64,000 nucleotides of DNA from Planctomycetota bacterium (lineage in GTDB: Bacteria > Planctomycetota > UBA1135 > UBA2386). The stretch covers positions 3,776,001 through 3,840,000 of the forward strand of contig OZ245006.1 in NCBI GenBank assembly GCA_965223545.1, given 5' to 3'. The stretch's first letter is position 1. Every line of letters starts with the position of its first letter. The notes under the pieces were generated by a model. The model was given only the letters and a program-made list of their open reading frames with translations, was not told where the DNA came from and did no database searches. This document shows, piece by piece, positions 39,132-48,702 of the stretch. The translations under genes and the position numbers were made by a program.

Positions 39132-41654
39132 GTGACAACCGTGACAAATCTCCGCGCCACGGCAACCCTGGGGTTGCTCGCTTGTTCCGTGCCGGCACAG
39201 TCCGCTCCGCTCGCCTTCCGCGTCGTCGACGAGCGACCGGTGTTGGCTGCCGACGTCTCCTTGCTCTACCCGCGCGCCGCGGTCGGCGACCTGACCGGCG
39301 ACGGATGGCCCGACGTCGTGTTCGGCCATCCCGGCCTGCTGGTCAACCAGCGCGGCCATTGGCGCGACGAGTCGACCGCGCGCCTGGGCGCCGTTACCGC
39401 CGGCGCCGCGCCGCAGTCGGTGCTGGTGCGCGACCTCGACGCCAACGGCGATCAGGACTTGGTGGTGCTACAGCACGTGCGCGGCGTCGCCGAGGTCCGC
39501 GTGTGGATGCAAGCCGCCGGCGCGTTGGTCGAAGGGTTCGTTCTCACACCCACCGGCCCCTTTGCCGACGTGGAGGCCGCCGACCTCGACGGCGACGGCG
39601 ATCTCGATCTGGTGCTCTCCGGCGGCACGACCGAGGCATTGGCCCAGCTCGTGCCGGGAGTGTTCTCCGTCCGGCCCTCGCCGTTCCCGACCGGGGCGGG
39701 CCCTCTCGGTCAGCTGACCCCAGCGGACGTCGATAGCGACGGCGATACCGACTGGCTGACGACGACCGGATTGGTACTGCGCAATCAAGGCGGCGTGCTA
39801 CAGGCGGATCCCGCCTCGGGGTTGGCGGTCACCCGCTCGTCGGGGATCGGCGACTACCCGCTGACGGCGGACCTGGACGGCGACGGCGATGCCGACGTGC
39901 TGGTCAACGACACTCCCTACCTCAACGACGGGACGGGTCGCTTCTCCGCCGGCGCATCCCTGCCGTTGCCGCGAGGCTTCGAGCCGCGGGCGCTCACCGA
40001 CATCAACGGCGACGGGAACATCGACGTGTTGTGCGGTGCGTGGCAACCCGACCCGCAGATCGGCAGCGCCGGCCTCGTGTTCCGCAACGACGGCCGCGCC
40101 GGATTCTCCACGCTGCCCGTCGTCGTGCCGACCGGCGCCTCTGCCGTTGTCGCCGCGGTCGGCGCGGACCTCGACCGCGATGGCGATGGCGACCTGCTGC
40201 TGATGGACACGACCCGCGGCGGCAGGAAGTGGATCGCGATCAACGATGGCCGCTTCCTGCGCGCAGTCGGCCTGACACCCCGCTTCCCCGCGCCGTGGCC
40301 GGGACTCGGCCCGCACGCCGTCGCGGCGGATCTCGACTTCGACGGCGACCCCGAGTGGATCTCCCTGGGCGTGGTCTACCGCAACTCCGGAGCCGGTGAG
40401 TTCACGGTCGCGCAAAGCGGGCTGCCGCGCGGTCCGCTGGCCGTCGGTGACGTCGACGCCGATGGCGACCTCGACCTCGTCATCGGCGCCGCACCGAGTG
40501 CGCTGTGGCTCAACGACGGCACGGGCACGCTGTTCGACGCGACCGCCGGGCGTCTGCTCGACGCGGAGCGGCACCGAGAGCTGTGTTTGGTCGACCTCGA
40601 CCGCGACGGCGATCTGGATCTGGTGACAGCGACGGCGCCCGACGCCAGCAGCGGCACTGCCGGCTTGAACCGCGTGTTCCTCAACACTGGCAACGGCGTG
40701 TTCTTGTTGTCCGTGGTCGCGATTCCAGCCGTGGCCGCGGCGAGCACGGCGGTCGCCACCGGTGACTTCGACGGTGACGGCGACGTGGACCTGGCGTTCG
40801 CCAATGACGACGCGCCGGACGTGCTGTACGGCAACGACGGCAGTGCGCGGTTCTCGCGGAGCACCGGCTTCGCTCCTCCCGACGAGGGCACCCGCACGCT
40901 GATCGCCGTCGACGTCGAGGGAGACGGCGACACCGACCTGCTTGCCGGGTTGAACGCCGGCAGCGCCCGCCTGTGGATCAACGACGGCAGCGGCGGCTTC
41001 GCCGACGAGGGTTTCCTCCGCTTGCCCGTCCCCCTGACGGTTGGCCACGCGACCGCCGGCGACATCGACGACGATGGCGACACCGACCTGGCACTGGTCA
41101 CCGGCGTCGGTCCGCTGCCGACCCTGCTGGTCAACGACGGTTTGGGGCGGTTCGCCAACGTGACCCCCCAGCGGCTCGAAGTCGCGCTGAGTCCAGCGCC
41201 AGCCACCCGGGTCCACTTGGTGGACGTGGACACCGACGGCGATCTCGATCTCGGCGTCAGCCTGTCGGGCGCGTTCGCCCCGCGGGGGTCGTTGTTCATC
41301 AACCACCACCGCCAGCTGACGGTGCCCAGCGTTTGGTCGCTGGGCACGCGGTTGACCATGCGCCTGACGATGGAGCCCGGCTACGACCAAGCGCCGCGCT
41401 TCGCGCTGCCGCTGATCGCCAACCGGGCTCTCCACCTGCCGCTCGGAGCACTGGGAACCCTGGGCCCCGACCCGACCCGCGCGGCACCGCTGCCGTTGCT
41501 GACGCTGGCGCGCGGCGTGGCCGAGGTCGAGCTCGCCGTCGCCATCCCCAACCAACCCGCACTGCGCGGCCTGCCTCTGTGGCTGCAGGCCCTCGCGATC
41601 GACAGCCTCGGCGGCGCGCGCCTGACCCACACGGTTGCCGATCGAGTCCGCTGA
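39132..41654 (+). CDS. Secreted FG-GAP/VCBS repeat protein with the shared C-terminal domain
   Basis: More than twelve D(L/V/I/F)DxDGDxD motifs with NDG.G.F spacers; ends IPNQPALRGLPLWLQALAID...LTHTV. GTG start inferred. Confidence 0.88.
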   Translation: MTTVTNLRATATLGLLACSVPAQSAPLAFRVVDERPVLAADVSLLYPRAAVGDLTGDGWPDVVFGHPGLLVNQRGHWRDESTARLGAVTAGAAPQSVLVRDLDANGDQDLVVLQHVRGVAEVRVWMQAAGALVEGFVLTPTGPFADVEAADLDGDGDLDLVLSGGTTEALAQLVPGVFSVRPSPFPTGAGPLGQLTPADVDSDGDTDWLTTTGLVLRNQGGVLQADPASGLAVTRSSGIGDYPLTADLDGDGDADVLVNDTPYLNDGTGRFSAGASLPLPRGFEPRALTDINGDGNIDVLCGAWQPDPQIGSAGLVFRNDGRAGFSTLPVVVPTGASAVVAAVGADLDRDGDGDLLLMDTTRGGRKWIAINDGRFLRAVGLTPRFPAPWPGLGPHAVAADLDFDGDPEWISLGVVYRNSGAGEFTVAQSGLPRGPLAVGDVDADGDLDLVIGAAPSALWLNDGTGTLFDATAGRLLDAERHRELCLVDLDRDGDLDLVTATAPDASSGTAGLNRVFLNTGNGVFLLSVVAIPAVAAASTAVATGDFDGDGDVDLAFANDDAPDVLYGNDGSARFSRSTGFAPPDEGTRTLIAVDVEGDGDTDLLAGLNAGSARLWINDGSGGFADEGFLRLPVPLTVGHATAGDIDDDGDTDLALVTGVGPLPTLLVNDGLGRFANVTPQRLEVALSPAPATRVHLVDVDTDGDLDLGVSLSGAFAPRGSLFINHHRQLTVPSVWSLGTRLTMRLTMEPGYDQAPRFALPLIANRALHLPLGALGTLGPDPTRAAPLPLLTLARGVAEVELAVAIPNQPALRGLPLWLQALAIDSLGGARLTHTVADRVR

Positions 41655-41756
41655 GCCTCGGGGTCCGAGGATGTTCGAGCGGCAACAACCTTTCGGAAGG
41701 CTCGATGCCGCTGGAACTTCGACAACGCAGCTCCCGGAGGCTCGAAGACAACACTG

Positions 41757-41865
41757 GCCTCTGGGCTCAGCGCGGCCGCCGGCGACCGCGGGACCCGCGA
41801 CCGACGCTCGAGTCGCGGAATGCTCCGTGTTTGGTTGCGGCCTCGGCCGCGCTGAGCCAAGAGGC
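41757..41865. repeat. 109-bp element with 22-bp terminal inverted repeats (MITE-like or long hairpin)
   Basis: GCCTCTGGGCTCAGCGCGGCCG (41757-41778) pairs with CGGCCGCGCTGAGCCAAGAGGC (41844-41865) at 21/22; ACTG flanks both sides. Confidence 0.6.
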
Positions 41866-41886
41866 ACTGTGCGCTACAGTGCCGCG

Positions 41887-42849
41887 ATGCAGTTTCGTTT
41901 CTTCGTCGCGGTCCTGGCGCTCCTCGCGAGCACAACGCTGCCGAGTGCTTGTGGTCACGAGTCGCCGGCCGAGATCCGGCCGACCGCGCGACCGTTCTTG
42001 TGGCGCATCGAGCGGCAGCCGGCCAGCTATCTGTACGGCACCATCCACGTCCCCGACGAGCGCGTGACGACCCTACCGGCGGCCGTCGAGGAGGCTTTGG
42101 CCGAGAGCGACACGATCGTGACCGAGATCCGGCTCGACAACGCGGCCGCGGTCATGACGAAGATGTTTCTCAGCGACCGGAAGACGCTCGCCGACCTGCT
42201 GCCCGAGGACCTGTACGACCGCTTGCACGCCATGATGGAGGCCAAGGGCGCGCCGGCGGCGATGCGCAACATGCTCGACCGGCAGAAGATCTGGGCGGCG
42301 CTGATGACGGTCGCGCAGCTGGAGATGTTCGAATCGCTGTCCAAGGGCAAGAAGCACCTCGACCAGATGCTGTGGGACTACGCCCGGGCGGAGGACAAGG
42401 GGCAAGACGCGCTCGAGAGCATCGACGAACAGATCGGCGTGTTCGAAGCGTTCACCACCGACGAGCAGATCGAGATGCTCCGCGGCACGCTCGACGTGCT
42501 GGATGCGCTCGAAAAGGAGGGGCGCAACTACATGGACGAGATCATCGCGGTCTACCTGCGCGGCGAGCCCGAAGGACTGCAAGAGGTGATGGAGGCGTTC
42601 TCCGGCGTCACCAAAGACTCCGAGCTCGAGAAGCGCTTCGAGAAGCTGCTGCTCGACGACCGCAACGTCCGGATGGTGGAGCGCATGGTGACCAAGATGA
42701 AGGAGTCTCCCGACACGAGCTTCTTCTTTGCGGTGGGCGCGGCGCACTTCCCCGGCGAGAAGGGCATCTTGAAGCTGCTCGCCGAGCGGGGCCTGCTGGT
42801 CGAGAGGATCGGCGTCTCAGAACCAGTCACTTCCGGCAAGTCGCGATGA
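41887..42849 (+). CDS. TraB/GumN (TIKI-like metalloprotease) family protein
   Basis: Motifs LWRI...SYLYGTIH, LESIDEQ, LLDDRN and FFAVGAAH; signal peptide. Confidence 0.9.
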   Translation: MQFRFFVAVLALLASTTLPSACGHESPAEIRPTARPFLWRIERQPASYLYGTIHVPDERVTTLPAAVEEALAESDTIVTEIRLDNAAAVMTKMFLSDRKTLADLLPEDLYDRLHAMMEAKGAPAAMRNMLDRQKIWAALMTVAQLEMFESLSKGKKHLDQMLWDYARAEDKGQDALESIDEQIGVFEAFTTDEQIEMLRGTLDVLDALEKEGRNYMDEIIAVYLRGEPEGLQEVMEAFSGVTKDSELEKRFEKLLLDDRNVRMVERMVTKMKESPDTSFFFAVGAAHFPGEKGILKLLAERGLLVERIGVSEPVTSGKSR

Positions 42850-42950
42850 CGCCATGACAGGGCGCAACCGCCGCCGGCCATCGGCGGCGGCGGCCGGCGC
42901 GCCACCGGCGCGGGTCAAGGGCGTGACGGGGCGCGTCGATATCGCGCCCG

Positions 42951-44159
42951 ATGGAGCGGGAGATCGACAGCCCGCCGGTGCGCCTCGTCGTCGTTCAGTT
43001 CGGCGACTATGCGGACGCGGTCCAACGACGTGGGCGCGGTGAACCCGAGACCTACTACGGGCAGAACTACACCGTGGACTTCGTCGCCGGGCTGACCGCG
43101 CGGTGCCAGTCGGTGGCCGTGGTCACGCTGCACATGGACCAGCCCAGCGTGGCGCAGTCCAACTCGGTCGTGACCGCCGGTGTGCAGCTGTACCCCGCCG
43201 GCCGCAGACCGCGGCACCGCGCTCTGCTGAGCCTGCTCGCCTCGCTCGAGCCATCGCACCTCTTGCTCGAGACCCCGCACACGCCGTCGATCCGGTGGGC
43301 CACCCGCAACGGCGTCCGCACGCTGCCGCTGTTCTTCGACAGCTTCAACCGACGCTCCTGGCGCGCCCGCTGGCGATACGCCCAGCTGGCGCGCGCCCTC
43401 AACCACCCGTCCATCCGCTGGGTCGGCAACCACGGCACGAGTGCCGCCCGGGATCTGGTGCGCATCGGTGTCCACGCGCACAAGGTGCTGCCGATGGACT
43501 GGCCCTCGCTGCTCGATCCCAACGACACGGCGGCATGGGTACCGAGCCCGCCGGAGCAGGCCTTCCGCGTCGCCTACGTCGGCTTGCTGTCCGAGGCCAA
43601 GGGCGTCGGCGACGCGATCCGAGCCATCGCGCGGTTGCGCGACGCGCAGCGCCAGTTCCGGCTCACTCTGATCGGCATCGGCGACGAAGCCGGCATGCGG
43701 CAGCTCGCGGGGCGGCTCGGCGTCGCGGACCGTGTCGACTTCGCCGGTCGCATCGCGCACGACGCGGTGGTCCAGCAAATGGGGCAGCACGACGCGGTCG
43801 TCGTCCCCAGTCGACCGGAGTATCCCGAAGGCCTGCCGATGACGCTCTACGAGGCCTTCTGCGCCAAGGCCCCGCTGGTCGTCTCGGATCACCCGATGTT
43901 CAAGCTCAAGGTCAGAGACGGCGACAACGCGCTCATGGTGCCGGCCGGCAACGACCTGGCGCTGGCCGATGCACTGCGCACGCTCGCCGATGATCCGGAT
44001 CTGTGCCAACGGCTGAGCGCCAACGCCGCGGCACAGGCGCAGGACTTCTTCTTGCCGTTGAAGTGGGACCGCGTGATCTCGCACTGGCTCGACGACCGCG
44101 CCGAAGACCACGCCGCGCTGGCGCGGTTCGCCTTGGCCGAGGCGCCCGCCGGGGCCTGA
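42951..44159 (+). CDS. Glycosyltransferase family 4 (GT-B fold)
   Basis: Motifs YVGLLSEAKGV, VVVPSR..YPEGLPMTLYEA and DGDNALMVPAGN. Confidence 0.9.
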   Translation: MEREIDSPPVRLVVVQFGDYADAVQRRGRGEPETYYGQNYTVDFVAGLTARCQSVAVVTLHMDQPSVAQSNSVVTAGVQLYPAGRRPRHRALLSLLASLEPSHLLLETPHTPSIRWATRNGVRTLPLFFDSFNRRSWRARWRYAQLARALNHPSIRWVGNHGTSAARDLVRIGVHAHKVLPMDWPSLLDPNDTAAWVPSPPEQAFRVAYVGLLSEAKGVGDAIRAIARLRDAQRQFRLTLIGIGDEAGMRQLAGRLGVADRVDFAGRIAHDAVVQQMGQHDAVVVPSRPEYPEGLPMTLYEAFCAKAPLVVSDHPMFKLKVRDGDNALMVPAGNDLALADALRTLADDPDLCQRLSANAAAQAQDFFLPLKWDRVISHWLDDRAEDHAALARFALAEAPAGA

Positions 44160-44231
44160 CGCGACGGAAGCTCCGGCCGCTCCCTCGATCGTCGTCTCGC
44201 GTTCCCCGACCGCGAGGTATGGTGCTGCACC

Positions 44232-45773
44232 GTGACGCCACCGCCCGCTCAATTGGGAATCCGCGCCGCCGCGACCGCCCTGCTGTTGGTCGCCGGCTTG
44301 GGCAACGAGTGGGTGCTGGCGGCGGCCGTCAGCCAAGACGGCACGCTGCACGACGCCACGCGGAGTGCCGTGCGCGCCGCCCAGGCCGTTCTGGCGGCGA
44401 CGGCCGTCGCCGCCTTCGTCTGGCAGCGCCGGCTGGCAGCGGTGGCGGCCGATCCGGTGCTCTCGCTGCGCCTGCTGCTGGTCGCCGGCATCGCCCTGCG
44501 CGTCGTGGTGTTCGTCTACCTCGGTCCCGAGAACAACGATCCCCATCTGCGCTACGTGCACTACATCGTCGAGCACGGCCACCCGCCGCCGTCCGACGCG
44601 TTCGTGCTCGCCTTTCAGCCACCGCTGTACTACGCCCTCGCCGCCCCGCTGGCCGCGATCGGTTCGGACAAGACCGTCCAGCTGCTCTCTCTGCTCTTTG
44701 CGGTCGCTAATCTCGTCGTGCTGTATCGGCTGATCAAGAGCAGCCCGCTGTTGGCGACGCACGGTGCACGCTGGCACGCGATGGCATTGGCGTCTCTTAC
44801 GCCGCAGTTCGTCTTGTTCGGCAACTTCGTCAGCAACGACGCACTCGCCCAGCTGCTGGGGACGGTCGTGTTCGCCGCCACGTTTCGCCTCGTCGAACAG
44901 CCCACGACACGCCGAGCCGCGCAGCTGGGCACCGCGGTGGGCATCGGCCTGCTGACCAAGGGCACGTTCACCTGCTGCATCCCGGCGGTGCTGGCGTTGC
45001 TCCTGGCACTCGCCCTGCGACACCCCCACGCCACGCTATCGGAGCGGCTGCGCCGCTTCGCCGGGTTGGCCACGGTGTTCCTCGCCGTCGCCGTCATCTT
45101 GGGCAGCTACAAGTTCATCGAGAACACGGTCAACTTCGGCACGCCCGTCGTCGACAACAGCGTGCTCGCGCAGGAGTGGGTCGACACGCAGACCGGCACC
45201 TACCAGGGATTCTCGTCGCTGGTGGACGTCGACGTCAGCACCCTCGTCCGACACCCATTGGGGGAGCAGTCGCACCAGTCGATCCCACTGCTCTACTACG
45301 GCACGTTCTGGTTCTCCCACATTCAGGAGTCCAACTTCAACGCGACGCGGCAGCCCGGACTGCTGCTGATCCCCCGCGCGCTCTACCTGCTCGGGATCCT
45401 GCCGACGCTGCTGATGATCGGTGCCGCCCTCGGCATGCTCTGGAACTGGAGGAGACCGTTCGCGATTCTGCGCGCCGACATCGACCGATTCCGCGTCCAC
45501 GCGCACCAGCTCGTCGTGCTGCTGTTCTTGCTGGGCAACCTGGCGGTGGTGACGACGTGGGGTCTGCGCATGGACGCGTGGTCCTTCTTCCAGGCGAGGC
45601 TGTTGTTCGCGATGTTCTTCTCGATCGCGGTCCTGCTGGGGGCGGGCTACCAGATCACCACAGCCCGCAGCCGTGCACTGCGATGGTTGTGCGGCAGCTG
45701 GCTCGGGATCACCTACGCGGCGTTCTTCGCCTACTACGCCGCCGAGCTGGCGCAGCAGATCGCCCGCCGCTGA
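44232..45773 (+). CDS. Polytopic GT-C (PMT/ArnT-like) membrane glycosyltransferase
   Basis: Motifs NDPHLRYV, QPPLYYAL, VSNDAL, GLLTKG and QARLLF; more than ten hydrophobic segments. Confidence 0.72.
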   Translation: MTPPPAQLGIRAAATALLLVAGLGNEWVLAAAVSQDGTLHDATRSAVRAAQAVLAATAVAAFVWQRRLAAVAADPVLSLRLLLVAGIALRVVVFVYLGPENNDPHLRYVHYIVEHGHPPPSDAFVLAFQPPLYYALAAPLAAIGSDKTVQLLSLLFAVANLVVLYRLIKSSPLLATHGARWHAMALASLTPQFVLFGNFVSNDALAQLLGTVVFAATFRLVEQPTTRRAAQLGTAVGIGLLTKGTFTCCIPAVLALLLALALRHPHATLSERLRRFAGLATVFLAVAVILGSYKFIENTVNFGTPVVDNSVLAQEWVDTQTGTYQGFSSLVDVDVSTLVRHPLGEQSHQSIPLLYYGTFWFSHIQESNFNATRQPGLLLIPRALYLLGILPTLLMIGAALGMLWNWRRPFAILRADIDRFRVHAHQLVVLLFLLGNLAVVTTWGLRMDAWSFFQARLLFAMFFSIAVLLGAGYQITTARSRALRWLCGSWLGITYAAFFAYYAAELAQQIARR

Positions 45774-45809
45774 CCGTGGTACTCCGCCGCGCGCACCCCA
45801 CGCGCGCGA

Positions 45810-48602
45810 TCAACGCCCGGCCAGCGCCTCGACCAGGGAATCGAACTCCGCGGTGGGCGGCCCCTCATCGGCGCGATCCAGCCATTGAGCCAACGTCTTC
45901 ATGCGGTCGGCGTCGACACTCTCCGGCAGCCATGAAGCCGCAGCGGAGGGCTGGAACATCCTGGCAAACGCGAGCACGACCTCGGCCGCCGTCAGCTCCA
46001 CCTCCGCCGGCTCGCCCTCGCGAGGCTCGGGGTTGGTCACCACGACGCTCTGCTGCATGCGCCAGTGCGTGCCGAAGCTGCCACTGATGCGCAGCATCTT
46101 GGGCAGGGTGAGATCGTAGAACCGCACCGCGTGCTCTTCGTCCGTGGTCAAGTCGTCGTACAACTCGGCGATCACCTGGTTTGCCAGCTGGCGGGCCGCT
46201 CCGAGCGCGGCCTGTGCGCCGCGCGTCTGCTGGAACTCGGGGCTGAAACCCGAGACGTCGACGATGGCGACGTGTGCCCGGGCGCGGACGCGGGCCGGCA
46301 GCTGCCGCAGGTAGAACAAGAGCGAGATCAGGCCGCGGTTGTCGACAGCTCCCCCATCGACGACCCAGTAGGTCGTATCCGGTGGAACGTCGATCGGCAG
46401 GTTGGAGAAAACCGGCGGGAAGTTCGCGCTGGCGGCGGCGGCCGCGCTCAGCTCGACCTCGACGCGGCGCACGACCTCGTAGGGGAACTCGGCGAACAAC
46501 GGCGATCGGGCGCCTCGCTCGAGCGAGCTCAGGTTGGTGAACACCAGGCGGCCCCCGGCACGCTCGGCGTTGATCCCGGCCAGTGGGGCGTGCAGCGGAC
46601 CCTCGCCGACGAGCGCCGTGTTGTAGATCACGCCCAGGTCCGCAACCTGCGAGACCGCGAGCGAACGCGGTTGGGCCCCCGCGCCGGCGATCTTCCGGTG
46701 AAACCCCTCGCGCAGCAGCTGTCCCAACCGGTAGCCCGCCGCCAACCGCCATTCGGAGGCGCCACGCAGGACATCGTCGATGTAGCCGTGCAGGACGACG
46801 TCGCGGAATCGGTTCCAGATCGGTGCGTCCGCGGTGGCGGCCAGGAGGTCGGCGCGCCAAGTCGCCAAGAACGCGGAGGGCAGGCCACCACCCGAAACCG
46901 AGCTCAGCACAACCAGCCTGTCCAGACAGTCGCGCTCGCGCAACGCGTGCAACGCCGAGTAGGTGTACAGCGCGGCGCGAGTACCGCCGCCCGATGCCGC
47001 GACGAACAACTGCGGCGGCCCGTCGCGGTCGGCCTCCCACGGGAACTCGCCGGAGACGCTCGGCGCCGCCACCTGCGCGACCGGCTGCAAGTCGAACATC
47101 CGCTTGCGCTCGAACACCTGCGCCCCGGCCTGCCAGACGACGATCGCGAGGAGCGTGGTTCCCAGCGGGCGATAGAAGCCGATCTGGGTGCGCAGCCTCG
47201 GCAGCAGACGCCGTGGTGCGCTCTGGATGTCAGCCGCCGCCGCGAGCCGGCCAAAGACTTGCAGCGGGCTGAAGATGTTGAAGTGCAGCCGCTCCCCTTG
47301 GCCCATGTAGCGAATCACCGCCCAGCGTGATCCGCCGAGCGGAACGATGCGGCACGGCACGCTGTGGCGGTCGCGCTCGGCGTCGTAGACGACGGCGTCC
47401 GGGGCATCCTCGGCCGGGTGCAGCAAACCCAGCAGCGCATCCGACAGCGCTCGACTGGTCCAGTAGTCGTAGAACCAAGCGACACCGTACAACACGAAGA
47501 CACTCTGCGTGACGACGCCGCCAGCGGTCGAATCGAGGATCGTGGTGACGTAGTCCACGCCGAGCAAACGGCACACCGCGAACAGGATGACGAACACCGA
47601 CAGCGCCGCCGCCGCGCCCTCGCACGACAACCTGCGCAGGTAGTCGAGCAGTCCGTCCAACCGCGGGTTGAACACGGTCATCGCGATCAGCAACCACCAG
47701 AGGAAACCCACGCTCACGACCCACAGCAGCAAGCTGCTGGCCGGCGCGACCAGGGCGGCAATCGCCGGCACGGTGGCGACCAGGATCGGCTGGGAGACGA
47801 GCGCGAGGAAGCCGGCGCGCAGCACGTCCGAGGCCTTCTCGCGCGCGGGGATCTGCGGATCGAACAGCTGCACCTGCGCCAGCATCGGCTGGAACGCGGC
47901 GCGATACTCGTCGCGCCGGTCCTCGAACAAGAACCATGCCCACCAGCGGTTGAAGACCAAAGCGACGAAGCCAGTCGCCAGCCCCACCGGAATCAGCCAG
48001 TGTCGGAACGGGCCACCGTCGATCTCGCGGGCGCCGGGCTCGGCGAGCACCCACCAGGCCGCCGCGCCACTCAGCGACAACACCGCGAACCACCAGAGCG
48101 CACCGAGACTGCGGGGCGCAATCCAACACCCGGCCGCGCCCAGCAACACCGCGATCAGCGGAGTCCAAGTCAGATGGACACCCCGGGCATACGTGAAGAT
48201 CGCGACTCCGATCCAGCTCAGCAGGAGGACCCACGACACGCTCTTTGCCCACGGGCGGTGCGCGTGGACGCGGCCGCGGCGGCCGAAGACCGCATTGCCC
48301 AAGACCAACGCGCACCAGCAGGCGACGGTCAGCGCGAACGCGCGCGCGCCGCGCAGCGGAAGCACCATCGGACCGTGCACCAAGCCCGCGAGGATCACGC
48401 CGGACAGCAACAGGAGCGCCGGCGAGTGACCAGCCAACAGCTTGCGCCAACCGGCGGGCTCCTGGTCACTCCACGCGCGGTTCTTGATGTCCAGGTACTT
48501 CCACCGACGGTCGACCCATTGGGCGACGCGCACCAGTCGGCGTGTGACGGGATCGATCAGCGGCTGTAGCCGCGCACCCAAACCTCCGGAGCCGCCAGTC
48601 AT
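45810..48602 (-). CDS. Multi-TM protein with a C-terminal patatin-like phospholipase domain
   Basis: Motifs ASGGGTRAA, SSVSGG (Ser), SANFPPVF and VDGG (Asp) after about 550 aa of TM helices. Confidence 0.82.
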   Translation of the reverse strand: MTGGSGGLGARLQPLIDPVTRRLVRVAQWVDRRWKYLDIKNRAWSDQEPAGWRKLLAGHSPALLLLSGVILAGLVHGPMVLPLRGARAFALTVACWCALVLGNAVFGRRGRVHAHRPWAKSVSWVLLLSWIGVAIFTYARGVHLTWTPLIAVLLGAAGCWIAPRSLGALWWFAVLSLSGAAAWWVLAEPGAREIDGGPFRHWLIPVGLATGFVALVFNRWWAWFLFEDRRDEYRAAFQPMLAQVQLFDPQIPAREKASDVLRAGFLALVSQPILVATVPAIAALVAPASSLLLWVVSVGFLWWLLIAMTVFNPRLDGLLDYLRRLSCEGAAAALSVFVILFAVCRLLGVDYVTTILDSTAGGVVTQSVFVLYGVAWFYDYWTSRALSDALLGLLHPAEDAPDAVVYDAERDRHSVPCRIVPLGGSRWAVIRYMGQGERLHFNIFSPLQVFGRLAAAADIQSAPRRLLPRLRTQIGFYRPLGTTLLAIVVWQAGAQVFERKRMFDLQPVAQVAAPSVSGEFPWEADRDGPPQLFVAASGGGTRAALYTYSALHALRERDCLDRLVVLSSVSGGGLPSAFLATWRADLLAATADAPIWNRFRDVVLHGYIDDVLRGASEWRLAAGYRLGQLLREGFHRKIAGAGAQPRSLAVSQVADLGVIYNTALVGEGPLHAPLAGINAERAGGRLVFTNLSSLERGARSPLFAEFPYEVVRRVEVELSAAAAASANFPPVFSNLPIDVPPDTTYWVVDGGAVDNRGLISLLFYLRQLPARVRARAHVAIVDVSGFSPEFQQTRGAQAALGAARQLANQVIAELYDDLTTDEEHAVRFYDLTLPKMLRISGSFGTHWRMQQSVVVTNPEPREGEPAEVELTAAEVVLAFARMFQPSAAASWLPESVDADRMKTLAQWLDRADEGPPTAEFDSLVEALAGR

Positions 48603-48636
48603 GGGAACATCCTATGGTGGTCCAGCGGAATCGCGC

Positions 48637-48680
48637 CATGCATGCAATCTGAAGATTCAATCTTCAAATCTGCATGCATG
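48637..48680. repeat. AT-rich 44-bp imperfect palindrome (operator- or terminator-like)
   Basis: CATGCATGCA-atc-TGAAGATT-c-AATCTTCA-aatc-TGCATGCATG. Confidence 0.8.
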
Positions 48681-48702
48681 ATCCCGGGCAAAAGGCGTTC
48701 CG

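Noticed and set aside
39130..39147. ccgtgacaa direct repeat at the FG-GAP gene start
   Set aside because: Only two 9-bp copies, which may simply encode VTTVTN; not enough to call an operator.
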